Shown here: positions 46,941-57,699 of the stretch, in pieces
How positions within the stretch are numbered: position 1 is the first letter of the stretch
Layout: each line of letters begins with the position of its first letter
From: an uncultured Actinomycetota bacterium
GTDB taxonomy: Bacteria; Actinomycetota; Actinomycetes; Mycobacteriales; Jatrophihabitantaceae
Length of the DNA stretch: 64,000 nucleotides
Reading direction: 5' to 3'
Assembly: GCA_963711775.1 (NCBI GenBank)
Contig: CAVQFH010000003.1
Coordinates: forward strand, 87,110 to 151,109
The notes under the pieces: model-generated
Database searches by the model: none
What the model saw: the letters and a program-made list of their open reading frames with translations, nothing else
What the model was told of the DNA's origin: nothing
Made by a program: the position numbers and the translations under genes

Positions 46941-48864
46941 CGCGGCGTTGAACACCACGAACGGATGCCGTCATGCCGGTGGTGTCGACCTGCTCGGCGA
47001 GCGGTCGCGCTGCGGCCGTGATCATATCCGCCGGCGGCCGCCGCGATGCGCTCGTGGTCGCGCAGGCAGTCCTCGTTGGCCCAGTGAATGCTCGAGCCGG
47101 GGATGATGTCGTGGAACTGGTTGAGCAACAACAGCTTCCACGCCTCGTCGAGCGCAGCCGCCGGATACGACGCTCCAGTCGGGCAGCAACGCGACGCCGC
47201 GACCGACCACAGCTCGGCCGCGCGCAACGCCTGCTCGTTCTTCCGGTTGGCGCGCTTGATCGGGCCGTTCGTGGTGTACGTGCCCCGGTGGTATTCGAGG
47301 TACAGCTCACCGACCCACACCGGGAGGTCGGCGCGATTCGGCGCGCACCTTCTCCCAGAACGACGCGACCGTGTCGAACTCGACGCGCGGCAGCGCCGTC
47401 GAGATCGGCCATCCGCTGCGCCGACTCGAGCATCGCCCGCGTCGGTCCGCCGCCACCGTCGCCGTAGCCGAACGGGTAGAGCGAACGATTCGACTGCGCC
47501 GACTGCTGATGCTGGCGCGTCGCCCTTCGCGACCTCGCCCAGGCTCATGTTGCCGTTGTAGGTGTCGGCGGGCGGGAAATGCGTCAGCACGCGGGTGCCG
47601 TCGATGCCTTCCCACCAGAACGTGCTGTGCGGGAAGCGGTTGACGTCGTTCCACGAGATCTTCTGCGTCAAGAAGTTCGTGACGCCCGCTTCCTTCAGGA
47701 TCTGCGGCAGCGCGGCCGAGTAGCCGAACACGTCGGGCAGCCAGAGGTCGGTCGTCTCGCGGCCGAACTCGTCGAGGAAGAAGCGCTTGCCGTGCACGAT
47801 CTGGCGCACGAGCGACTCACCCGACGGGAGGTTGCAATCGGCCTCGACCCACATGCTGCCGATCGGCTCGAACCGGCCCGCGTCGACCTGCTGCGCGATG
47901 CGGTCGTAGAGCGAGCGGGTAGCCCTCCTTGATCCACTGGTACTGCTGCGCCTGCGACGCCGAGAACTTGTATTCGGGATAGTCCTCCATGAGCCGCAGC
48001 GCGTTCGAGAACGTCCGCGCGCACTTGCGCTTGGTCTCCCGGATCGGCCACAGCCACGCGGTGTCGATGTGCGCGTGCCCGACCGCGCTCACGCGATGCG
48101 TCGTCGGGACCGGCGCGAGTCGCGAGCACCGGCGCCGAGCGCCGCCCGCGCGTCGGCGACCGTCGCGGAGCTGCGCGACGCCGTCGCGCTCGATCAGGTC
48201 GCACGCGTCTTCGAGCGCGCCGAGCGCACGTCGACCGCCTGCACCTCGCCGTCGGCGATCGAGCTCACCGTCACGAGCTGCAGGAGCACGAGCAGGTCGA
48301 AGTACAACGCCTCCACGTCACGACGCACGATCGCGAGCTCGGCTTGGCCCATCCGGTAGATCGGCGGACCGTCGACGTCGGGCATGAGCAACGGCCAGGG
48401 CGTCGTCTCCCACGGCGGGATCGGGTTGGCCGCGGCTTCGATCAAGCAGGTCGACCGCTTCGCCGCCGGCCGCCGGCTTCGCGACCACGTATTCGCGGTG
48501 CTTGAGGTGGATGCCCTGCCGGGGCTGATCGCCGTCCCAGACCAGTCCTTCGGCGGTGAAGCCCACCATGGCGCCCGCCGCCGCCGAGATCGAGCAGCGC
48601 GACGACCTCCTCGCCGTGCCACGCCGGCGGGATCGACGCGTGCATCCGGAACCACGTGGTGTCCCACGCGCCGCCCCACGACTCGCCCACCGCGAACGGC
48701 ACGTAGTCGCCGCGGCACGCCGTCGGCAACGCTGATCGGCTCGCCGTGCACGTGGAATGCCGACGACGTCGAGCGGCACCCGATCGCCGTAGATGGCGGG
48801 CCGCACCAGCCGCTTCAGCACATGGTCGATCCGAGTTATCGCCGGTTTTGCCGCCGGAGATCAC
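46940..48864 (-). CDS. Alpha-mannosidase (GH38), N-terminal ~60%, frameshifted and 3' truncated
   Basis: [58 protein letters not shown]. Confidence 0.88.
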
Positions 48865-48910
48865 CGTTGGAAGCTACGTCACCGCTCCCGACGCGCGAAG
48901 CTGACGCCCG

Positions 48911-49706
48911 ATGAGCCCCGAAGCCAAACCCAAACCCAAAGCGAAAGCCGCAGCCAAGCCCAAAGCGAAAGCCGAGGCCAAGCCCAAGGCGAAAGCCGCA
49001 GCGCGACGCGCCAAGGCGAAAGCCGAGCCAAGGCGAAAGCCGAAGCCGAAGCCCAAGGCGAAAGCCGAAGCCAAGCCCAAGGCGAAGGCCAAGGCCCAGT
49101 GCGAGGAGCCCGGAGGACCGAGGAAACCGTCGCACCGCCGAGCCGATCGACCGAGTCGACGGCGAGTCCGGCGACGACGAGCTCTCGGAGCAGGACGAGA
49201 TCGACCTGAAGCGACTCGACGCCGCGCTCGTCACGCTCGACGACGAATCGCTCCGGCGCGGCCTGAGCGGGGTCACCGAGAAGCAGCGCCAAGACCTCGC
49301 GCTCAACCTGAATCTCCCCCGCGCCACGATGCATCTCGGCGAGGCGCTCACCCCGCTCGTGCGGCGCAAGCTGCGCGGCCTCACGGTGGACCGCCAGCTG
49401 ATGGTGGCGAGCGCGCTCACGAATCGGACCAACGACTCCACGGTCCGCGCGCTCGGCGATCGCAGCGACGACCCGAGCCGCGCCGATCTCGAAGAGGTGT
49501 TGCCCGCGGTGGTCGAGGAGCACGGCATCGAGCTCGCCCGCCTGATGGTCGCGAGCTACGCGGTATCGGATGCACCGTGCCGCGATGCGATGCGCGAGAT
49601 CCTCGACACCGACGAGCGCTTCGCGATTCCCGAGGTCGACGACGCCGGCGCGGAGCCGGACGAGACCGCGCTGCCGAGCTTCGGCCTGGTCGCGCGGACG
49701 CCGTGA
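48911..49706 (+). CDS. Hypothetical protein with N-terminal Lys/Ala/Pro (histone H1-like) repeats
   Basis: AKPKAK repeats at 48923-49097, then a helical domain; frameshifted. Confidence 0.55.
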
Positions 49707-50272
49707 CCAAGGTCACCTCCCGGCTCTGCGACGCAGGTTTTCTAAAGCGATTCGATCTCTACGAGTCGCGGGACTATTTCGTGCTCGGGCCCGAGGCCGC
49801 ACGCATGCTCGGCGTGCCCCACAAGCGGACCGAGGAGCTTGGAGTCCAGGCCCTGCCCATCGAGTACGCCACGCTACTCTTCTGCACCGGGGCAGGGGAC
49901 CGCGAGCGACTGACTCGCGAGGAACTGAAGATCCACCATCCAAGCATTCTGGTGCCGGGCGTCGACGCGTTGCACTACTACCTCGACCGCGACGGCGGGA
50001 AGACGCGGCTGACGGCCCTCCGGGTCGATTGCGGCGGACCGCCCGACCACGTCGCCCGGAAGTGCCGCGAGGACCTCGACCGCAGGCTCGAGCACGACGC
50101 CTTTGGAACCCTCGTCGCCCACGATCAATTCATGATTGCAATCTTGACCGGCCGGGAGGAGAAGGCGAGTGCCATCCACGAGGCGCTCAAGCGGCATGAG
50201 TGGCCGATCCGTTTCCGGCTGAGTGCCATCCCCGAGCTGGTCCACCTGATGACCAGATTGGAGCACCGCTAA
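49694..50272 (+). CDS. Winged-helix/replication-relaxation-like protein, 5' truncated; paralog of 55280-56001
   Basis: AVTKVTSRL...YFVLG...ATLLFC...RERLT...HYYLD...LRVDCGG. Confidence 0.55.
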   Translation, partial: ADAVTKVTSRLCDAGFLKRFDLYESRDYFVLGPEAARMLGVPHKRTEELGVQALPIEYATLLFCTGAGDRERLTREELKIHHPSILVPGVDALHYYLDRDGGKTRLTALRVDCGGPPDHVARKCREDLDRRLEHDAFGTLVAHDQFMIAILTGREEKASAIHEALKRHEWPIRFRLSAIPELVHLMTRLEHR

Positions 50273-50273
50273 C

Positions 50274-53200
50274 GTGCCGTGGAACCCGCTCGCGAAACTC
50301 CCGAGGTGGCCGAGCACGGTCCGCCAGCCCATCGGCAATCCGCTCCAGACGGACCGGCTCCCCGACGCCTCGAAGGTCGAGCTGGAATACCCCGCCCGGG
50401 GCGAGGGCCCGGCGGAGGTGCGCGGCCACGCCCGGGCCATGCTCTTCCAGTACGCCCTCGTGGGCCTCGCCATCGGGGCCGTCCGGGCTGATGCTCCAAG
50501 GGTACGTCATCGGCGGCATGCTCTGTCCCCTCGTGGCGACCGGGGCGTTTCTCCTCATCGTCCGCAACGATCCCGCCTTCCGCGTCGGCTATTGGGCGTG
50601 GCAGCTCATCGGCGGGACCGTCCTCTTCGTCGCCCTCGTCACGTTCCGCGAGCCCGTCCCGTACCTGATCGTCTGCCTGCTGGCCGCCGTCCGCGTGCCG
50701 GACCTGTTCGCCAGCCACTACTTCCATCTGAAGACCACGGCCCCGCTGCCGAAGTCGCGGGCCAAGACGCTCCGCTCGCTCTGGGCCAGGCGCATGCGGA
50801 GCCTGACGACCGCCGCCAAGGGCCTGGAGCTTTATGCCCTGGCCGCGCTGAGCGTCGTCGCCATCCTGGTGTTCGTCTACGCCCTGGAGGCGGGCAACCG
50901 GGAGCGGCTGATGGCCACCGAGGCCCGTCACCTCGACTCGGTCATGTGGCTCTACATCGAGCTGCACGGTGCCCCGCTCCTCCTGGGCTTGCTGCTCTTG
51001 CTGGTCACCCCCTGGCTCGCCGAGCACGTCATCGCCTTCCTCTTCGCGCGAAGCCGGTCGGCATCCGCACGATGGTCCGCGCCTTCCGCGAGGCCGTCGT
51101 CGATTGGCTGACCTATAACCGCCACGGGGCGGTCTCCGTCGGCGTCTTCCAATCGCCGAGCGGCAGTTACCGCCAGAGGGGCCAATTGACGCTCGCGGCC
51201 GTCGCCGCCTTCGCCTGCCTGATGGTCGAGTTCTCCAACCGCGGGCGGCTCGTCCGGGAACGGCTCGAGCCCTTCCTCCCGTTCCCGCCCGACTTCGGAT
51301 GTCGGGCCGCCGCGCCGCCGCCCGTCACGGTCATCGACTCGTCTCGTACCAGCCCGACGACCCGCCGCTCGAACCCTGGCAGGCAGCCGCGCTCAGGCGG
51401 ATGGGCCCCGCAGAGCGTGCCGAGGCCTTGAAGCGTCTCCAGGCCCAGCAATCCCGGGCCGAGGAACCCAAGGCCGAGCCGAGCGTGCCGCAAGCGGAGG
51501 CCCCGCCGTCCGACTGGCAGCGATTCCGGAGGGGGCTCTCCACCGACGTCCCGGCCACCTTGCAGTTCGCGGCGGAGCCGCTGTTCTTCGCCGTCATCCC
51601 GCCGCTCTACTTCCTCGCCTGCTGCTTCGCCACCTCCGCCCGCGTGGCCGGGCTCTGGAGCCAGGAGTTCAAGACCGAGTCGGGGACGAGGCTGCTCAAC
51701 ACCGAGACCTGGGACGACCTCGTCGACCGCATCCGGGCGAGCGGGGACCGCATCGAGCGCGAGAGCCTGCTGCTCGGCGTGAACGCCCACGACGATTCGC
51801 CGGTCATCGTCCCGCGCTCCGTCTTCCAGGAGCACGCCCACCTGCTCGGCGACTCGGGCTCCGGCAAGACTTCGCTCGGCATCGCCTCGCTGCTCACGCA
51901 GTTCATCCGCTTCGGCGACTGCTCCGTGGTCGTCATCGACCTCAAGGGCGACGACATCGCGCTCATGGAAGGGGCCCGCATCGAGGCCGAGCGGGCGGGA
52001 ATCCGCTTCCGCTGGTTCAGCAACGAACTCGAACGCCCGACCTACCTCTTCAACCCCATGCAGCAGTCGCACCTGCCGCGGCTGTCGCTCTACCAGCGGA
52101 CCGACGTCCTCACCGCGTCGCTCGGGCTCCAGTACGGCACCGACTACGGCCGCGGCTTCTTCTCGGACGCAAACTCCGAGATGCTCTTCCACGCCCTGAA
52201 GGCGAGGCCCGAGGGCATCGCCTCGTTCTCCGAACTCGCCGCCGTCCTCCGCGAGAAGGCCCCGTTCCGGAACGTCCCCGAGGATTTGCGGTCCGCGGGC
52301 TCGCACCTGGGCGCCATCATCAACCGGCTGGCCGACACCAAGGCCCTGAACGCGACGGCCAAGGACGGATACCCGGAATCGGCGATGGCCGCCGCCATCG
52401 ACATGCCCGACATCTTCCGCACGCCGCAGGTGCTCTACTTCCACCTCGCCTCGGCCATCGGCATGGCCTCGACCGCGGAAATCGCCCGGCTCGCCCTCTA
52501 TTCGATCCTGACCGCCGCGAAGACGGCCCAGGGCGAGCGGACCCAGGTCTATCTCGTGATCGACGAGTTCCAACGCATCGTCTCGAACAACCTCGAGCTG
52601 TTCCTGCAGCAGGCCCGGAGCATGAACATCGGGATCATCCTGGCGAACCAGACGCTCGGGGATTTGAAGAGCCCCGACGCGGACCTGATCCCGACCGTCC
52701 GGGCGAACACGCGCTTCCGCCAGATCTTCGCCGCCTCCGACCTGGCCGAGCAGGACGAGATCATCAAGACCTCGGGCGAGACCACCGTCTTCAGCCGGGC
52801 CTGGAGCCAGTACCTCGGAACCGTGCTCGGGAGCTCGGGCACGTTCTCGCTCACGGAAACGCTCTCGCCCAGGCTCCGCGTCAACGACGTGTTGCTCGCG
52901 ACCGACCATCCGCAGCAGAGCATCGTCCAGGTCCGCCGCGGACAGGGCTACGCCCAGTTCGGCGGGTTTCCGTTCGTGATGACCTCCGCCTTCCACATCA
53001 CGCAAACGGAGTACGAGCGAAGGAAGCGGGCCCCGTGGCCCGACCGGGACGGGGAGACCGTCCGCCCGTCGCTCGCCGCCCCGGCGACGGTGCAGACGGA
53101 GGCCGCCGAAAGCCCGCCAGCAGGAACTCCTCCTAGGCCCGCCCGAGGTGATTCAGGCTGAGGCCCCGGGCCCAGTCGTGCCGGAGACCGAGGCGACCCA

Positions 53201-53327
53201 GGCGGCGGCACCGCCGGGCGAGGCGCAGGTGGCGACCGCGGAGGATGATCCCTTCGCCGCCCTCACGCGCTACCAGGAGGAACGGAAGAAGGCCCGCACT
53301 CGCAAGAAGAAAGGGGAGTCCCCGTGA
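50274..53327 (+). CDS. VirD4/TraD/TrwB-like type IV coupling ATPase with multi-TM N-terminus, frameshifted
   Basis: Walker A LLGDSGSGKTS, VIDLKGD, Walker B YLVIDEFQ, QARSMNIGIILANQTLGDL. Confidence 0.8.
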
Positions 53328-54628
53328 GCGAACCGCCGCAGAATCCCGGTGACCAGGCGAGCGACACCTCCCGGCTCAGCCTCACACGCGTCCTCACGGC
53401 CGCGGGGTTCGTCGGCCTCGTCGCCGTCGTCCTGGGGCTCCTCTGGAAGCTGAACAACGCCGCGCCCGCCGTCCAGCACGAGAACATTGCACTCAAGGAG
53501 CAACTCGGCAACATGCGAGGAGAAGTTCGCCGACCTGCAGGAGGGCCAACCAGCTCCGCGTCGAAGAGCAGCAGGTCCGACAGAGCGACTTCCAAGCCAC
53601 GGCCGCTTCCGCCGAGGAGGCGGCCAAGGCCGTCGACGACCTTCGAGAAGGCCGCCATCCGTTGGGACCGGACCACGCGAGAACTCCTCACGGCCGAGAA
53701 GGGCAAGGCCGTCGCCGCAAACGCCGAGGCGCTCGGGCAGTTCCGCGAACTCTGGAAACAGCCGAGGCCGGGGTCGGACGAGCCCGAGACGCTTCGCAGG
53801 CGGCTCGAACCGCTCAAGGCCGTCATCGACAAGGCGCGGTGCCGCGAACGACCCGAATTATGCCCCCAGCGAGGAGATCGTCACGAGGCTCAAGGCCGTC
53901 CGGGACGAGGCGACCCGAGGGGCCGGTGCCTACGACGAGCTAAACCGCAGGCTCGACGCCATCGTCTCGGCGGCCCCGCCGGTGCAGGCCGGGGCGGAAA
54001 AGCCGACCTTGGAGGCGGCGCTGGAGGGGCTCGAGCGGCGGCTCATCGCCGAAGAGAACGCCGCCATCAACGCTGCGGCCGACCAGGCCCGCAAGGAAAG
54101 GGCCGAGCGGCTCGCCCGGGAGAAGGCCGAGAGCGAGCGGCAAATTACCGACGCCCAGGTCGAAGCGGAGCGGGCCCGCAAAGATGCCGAGGTGAAGCGT
54201 CTCGCCGACGAGAAGAAGGCGGCGATGGCGCAGGCCGCCGAGGACGAGAAGGCGAGGGCTCTCGCCCTCCAGGAAGCCGAAGTGGAGCGGAAGTTCCAGG
54301 CCGCGTTGCCGGAGATCCAGCGGCTGCTCAAGCCATTCATCACGGACGGCTAACACCCAGCTCGTCGGGGGCAGCTACACGGAAGGCGCTGACCAAGGGG
54401 AAAGTCTCCTATACCGCCCTCCAGGGCAGCGGCCACCTCGAGAAGACCATCGAGGGCATCACCCTGCTCCGCGAAGCGATGTTCGTCGACGGGGAGAACG
54501 ATCGCGAGCTGGGGTCCTTCCCCCGCTTACAACATCAAGGGGATGGGAGCCAGCGGCCGCCCGCGGCCCAGGAGCTGCTCATCGAATTCGGTCCCCTCCT
54601 GGTCAAGAAGAAGATGCTCGAGCCGTAG
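53324..54628 (+). CDS. Membrane-anchored coiled-coil protein, frameshifted
   Basis: N-terminal TM, long E/A/K/R heptad region; GTGA overlap with upstream stop. Confidence 0.65.
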   Translation: MSEPPQNPGDQASDTSRLSLTRVLTAAGFVGLVAVVLGLLWKLNNAAPAVQHENIALKEQLGNMRGEVRRPAGGPTSSASKSSRSDRATSKPRPLPPRRRPRPSTTFEKAAIRWDRTTRELLTAEKGKAVAANAEALGQFRELWKQPRPGSDEPETLRRRLEPLKAVIDKARCRERPELCPQRGDRHEAQGRPGRGDPRGRCLRRAKPQARRHRLGGPAGAGRGGKADLGGGAGGARAAAHRRRERRHQRCGRPGPQGKGRAARPGEGRERAANYRRPGRSGAGPQRCRGEASRRREEGGDGAGRRGREGEGSRPPGSRSGAEVPGRVAGDPAAAQAIHHGRLTPSSSGAATRKALTKGKVSYTALQGSGHLEKTIEGITLLREAMFVDGENDRELGSFPRLQHQGDGSQRPPAAQELLIEFGPLLVKKKMLEP

Positions 54629-54636
54629 GAGGGGCG

Positions 54637-55277
54637 ATGGGCGGCGCAACCTGGACTCCCCGTGACCTGGACATCGTCGAGACCTTGGCGGCCAAGGTCC
54701 GTCTGCTCACGACCGGCCAGATCGCCAGCGGCTGGTGGGGGCCCAGCCAACACCGGGAGGAGCACGCGCGGACCAGGCTTCGACTCCTCACCCGGGCCGG
54801 GCTGCTGTGCTCCTACCGCGTAAACGCCCACCCGACGTGGGAACTCCGCGGGCCCGTCGTCCGCTGGAAACCGGGCGAGCCCGACCCGGACGCGGGGGCG
54901 GCTTCGGGCACCCTCCAGGCCCGCTGGACCGAGCCCGCGCGGCCGACGACCGTCTACATCGCAAGCCCGGCCGCGGCGGGCCTCTTCGGCTGCACGGGCG
55001 GGGAACTCCCCGACCTGACCCACCGCGACCACGACCTCTTGCTCGGCGAGGTCTTCGTCACCTACCTGCGGGCGAGCCCGAGGCGGCCCGCGGCTGGGTC
55101 GGGGAGGCGGCCCGGCCGAAGGCGGGCTACCGCGTGAAGGACCCCGACGCCTTCCTCCTGGACCGGGAAGGGAACACCCTCCGCGTCATCGAGTCGGGCG
55201 GGAAATACGACGCCGAGCGGGTCGAAGCGTTCCACGAGCACTGTGCGGGACATCGCATGCCCTACGAGTTGTGGTGA
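54637..55277 (+). CDS. Replication-relaxation-like (wHTH + PD-(D/E)xK) protein, one frameshift
   Basis: TPRDLDIVETL..VRLLTTGQI, ARTRLRLL, HRDHDL, WVGE, KDPDAF, RVIESGG. Confidence 0.65.
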
Positions 55278-55279
55278 CC

Positions 55280-56001
55280 ATGCCGGGCGAACTCGACCCC
55301 CTGACCTACGACGTGCTCGATCACATCGCCCGCTACCGCATCGGCGTGCCGGAGGCGCTCGTCCGCACACCGCCCTTCGCCGCCCTCTCGCTCAAGCGGG
55401 TCAAGCGCACCTTGCACGCCCTGACCGAGGGCGAAGGCGAGGTGCTCCTCGCGTCGGCCCCGCTCTACGGCGATCACCGCTACTTCTACCTGACCCGGGC
55501 CGGGGAGGCCGTCATCGGCGAGCCCGACGCGGGGCAGGGGAAGCACCGCAAGGCGGGGCGCTCTCGGAGGTGGCGAAAGTCCGGGCCTACGGCGTGCTCG
55601 CGTTCTGCTGCCTCTCCGAACACCCGAGGCAGCGGCTCACGCCGGACGAGTTCCGGCGGAGCTTCCCCAATCACAACCGCCCGGGACTCCCGATGAGCTA
55701 CTACGCCGATCACGAGACGAGGCGTCTGGGGTTCGTCCGCGTCGACACCGGGAGTGGGGGTCGCTGGGACCGGGTCGCCGTTCGCATCCGAGAGGACGTC
55801 GAGCGGCACGCGGAGATCCCCGCCTTCCGCGAATCGATCGCCGCGGGGGCCTTCGAGCTGGCCCTCGTCACCGCAACCGACCGGAAGGCCGAGCGGCTCC
55901 GCCCCTTTTTCGAGGAGGAGACGCGGATGAACGGAGTTCCCGTCCGCGTGCACGCCGTACCACGGCTCATCGATCTCATCGCGCCGATGCCGAGGGGCTA
56001 G
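55280..56001 (+). CDS. Winged-helix/replication-relaxation-like protein, one frameshift
   Basis: DVLDHIARYRIG...YFYLT...GVLAFC...RQRLT...SYYAD...VRVDTG. Confidence 0.55.
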
Positions 56002-56289
56002 CGGCAGGGCGCTCGCAAGGCCGGTCCCACCCGCTACAATCGAAGGCTCAAGGTCCTAACGCCTTGATCGTTCTCCGCCCGTCCCTCGTCGCCCGGAGAC
56101 CCAAAACATCGGCGAAGGCGGCCCACGCCGCCGGGACGCGCCCGAGGTTCCATCACCGTCCATCCGCCCCGAATCGCTCACTCGCTTTCATGGGTTTCAC
56201 GACCGCGTTCACGGCCCTTCCGGGGCCGTGAGCGGGATTGTAAACCCGCCCGGGGGACACCACCCCGGGTCTCATGAAGGAAGAAAGTG

Positions 56290-56631
56290 ATGAAAGGAGA
56301 AGACAAACAGCTAAGGGCAGTCATCAAGCGGGAAATCGCCCGGACCGAGTTCGGCCGGGAGGGGGAGAACGGCCTGATTCGCATGCGATTCAGGGCGGTC
56401 CGTGACGAGGGGACCGGGGAAACCCGGGTCCACGTCACAATCCCCAACGCGGAGAAGATCGCCTTCGCTTGCGACATGGGCGTGCTGCTCCAAAGCTTCG
56501 GCTGGGGGATGGCCACGCTCGGCCGGGACCTGGAGGCGATCTACGGCAAGGACCCGGCGATGGCCTGGCATCAGTGCTGTCGGACCATCTCGCTCGTTGA
56601 ATACTGCCTGCTGCTGGAACCGCTGGATTAA
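56290..56631 (+). CDS. Hypothetical protein (113 aa)
   Basis: Purine-rich RBS GAAGGAAGAAAG, followed by a terminator. Confidence 0.55.
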   Translation: MKGEDKQLRAVIKREIARTEFGREGENGLIRMRFRAVRDEGTGETRVHVTIPNAEKIAFACDMGVLLQSFGWGMATLGRDLEAIYGKDPAMAWHQCCRTISLVEYCLLLEPLD

Positions 56632-56642
56632 GATGGAACCGG

Positions 56643-56675
56643 GCGGCCCTCGTCGAAAGACGGGGGTCGCTTTTT
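56643..56675 (+). terminator. Intrinsic terminator
   Basis: GCGGCCCTCGTC-GAAA-GACGGGGGTCGC-TTTTT. Confidence 0.75.
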
Positions 56676-56717
56676 GCGCGGGGGCCGCCCGGTTCCGTCT
56701 CCGGCATCGAGGCCGAG

Positions 56718-56754
56718 AAAAAAGGCCCAAGAGGCTCTCGTCTCTTGGGCCCAG
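56718..56754 (-). terminator. Terminator-like hairpin, copy 1 of a ~36-bp repeat
   Basis: AAAAAA-GGCCCAAGAG-N8-CTCTTGGGCC. Confidence 0.65.
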
Positions 56755-57007
56755 TGTGGAACCGGGGATTGCACCACCCGGAGTCGTCGAGGACTCAGAG
56801 GATGAGGAAGAACGGTTCCCTTATCTGTTCTTGCCATGACCGGACCGCGTTGTCACTTACTCGCCGTCCCGAAACCGGTGAGGAGCAGCGATCCCCGAAA
56901 TGCCATCCGCCCGACATGCAATTGTCGATAACTAGATACATGTTGGCTAACCAATCTCGCCCGCCTTGCAGCATCGCCCGGCCGCATCGTCGCCATCTTG
57001 AGAAAGG

Positions 57008-57043
57008 AAAAAGGCCCAGGAGACTCTCGTCTCAAGGGCCCAG
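57008..57043 (-). terminator. Terminator-like hairpin, copy 2
   Basis: AAAAAGGCCCAGGAGACTCTCGTCTCAAGGGCCCAG just after the stop of 57053-57232. Confidence 0.6.
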
Positions 57044-57052
57044 GCAAGTTCC

Positions 57053-57232
57053 TCACGGCCGTCCCGACCAGTAGGGATGCAGGGTGATCAGAATCACCAC
57101 CGCGACAAAAAGGACGACGACGGCAACCAGACGCTGAATCAACAGCTCCAGCATGCGTTCCCGCCGGTATTCCTTCTGCTTCAGCCTCCGGTAAGCACGA
57201 GGTTCAAGCCATTTCTCTTTCTTCTTGCTCAT
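57053..57232 (-). CDS. Small basic single-TM protein (59 aa)
   Basis: GGAGGGA RBS; MSKKKEKW...LVAVVVLFVAVVILITL. Confidence 0.6.
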   Translation of the reverse strand: MSKKKEKWLEPRAYRRLKQKEYRRERMLELLIQRLVAVVVLFVAVVILITLHPYWSGRP

Positions 57233-57699
57233 GGAATCCCTCCACTGACATGCGTTGTTAAAAGCCAGCACCCACCGGCGTGCCCAGGGGCACGCCGACA
57301 CGCGTCGGCTCACGCACACAGCGGCTGGGAAGATGAGGACTTGCCTTTCGCCCGTTGATTTGGCGTGCTCCCGGGCCAGGAGCGAAGAACAACCCTTGGA
57401 GGGTCCGGAATCGGGCACGCCCGCCGTGCCCCGCGCCATTGTAACGGCCGGGCGGGGGCGATGAATCGAGAGGGCCGCGGGCGGCCGGGAATACGGGCCT
57501 GCCCGCGCTGCCTCAAAATGGCCACCCGAGGGCCACGACTTTTCAATTCAACCGCGTGCGGGCAAGTGCTACGCTGGCCGTTTCGCAAGACGGAACGGGT
57601 AGACGAAACACCACGGCCTCCCTGCGACCCAGGGAGGCTTTCGACGCATCCGATAAGGTTCGGTGCCCCAGCCTCCCGCACGGAGTGGAGCGCCCCCCA

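Noticed and set aside
44897-47854. 985-aa ORF as a mannosidase-methyltransferase fusion
   Set aside because: Open frame in GC-rich DNA crossing a junction and the off-frames of two other genes
48911-50272. 453-aa ORF as a histone-like/relaxase fusion
   Set aside because: The middle part is the off-frame of another gene and spans the probable junction
56232-56249. tRNA-Tyr (GTA anticodon-like loop)
   Set aside because: 8-nt loop, no T-loop GTTCRA and no D-arm or acceptor stem geometry
56718-57043. CRISPR array from the ~36-bp palindromic repeats
   Set aside because: Only two diverged copies 290 bp apart, with poly-A flanks like terminators; no cas genes
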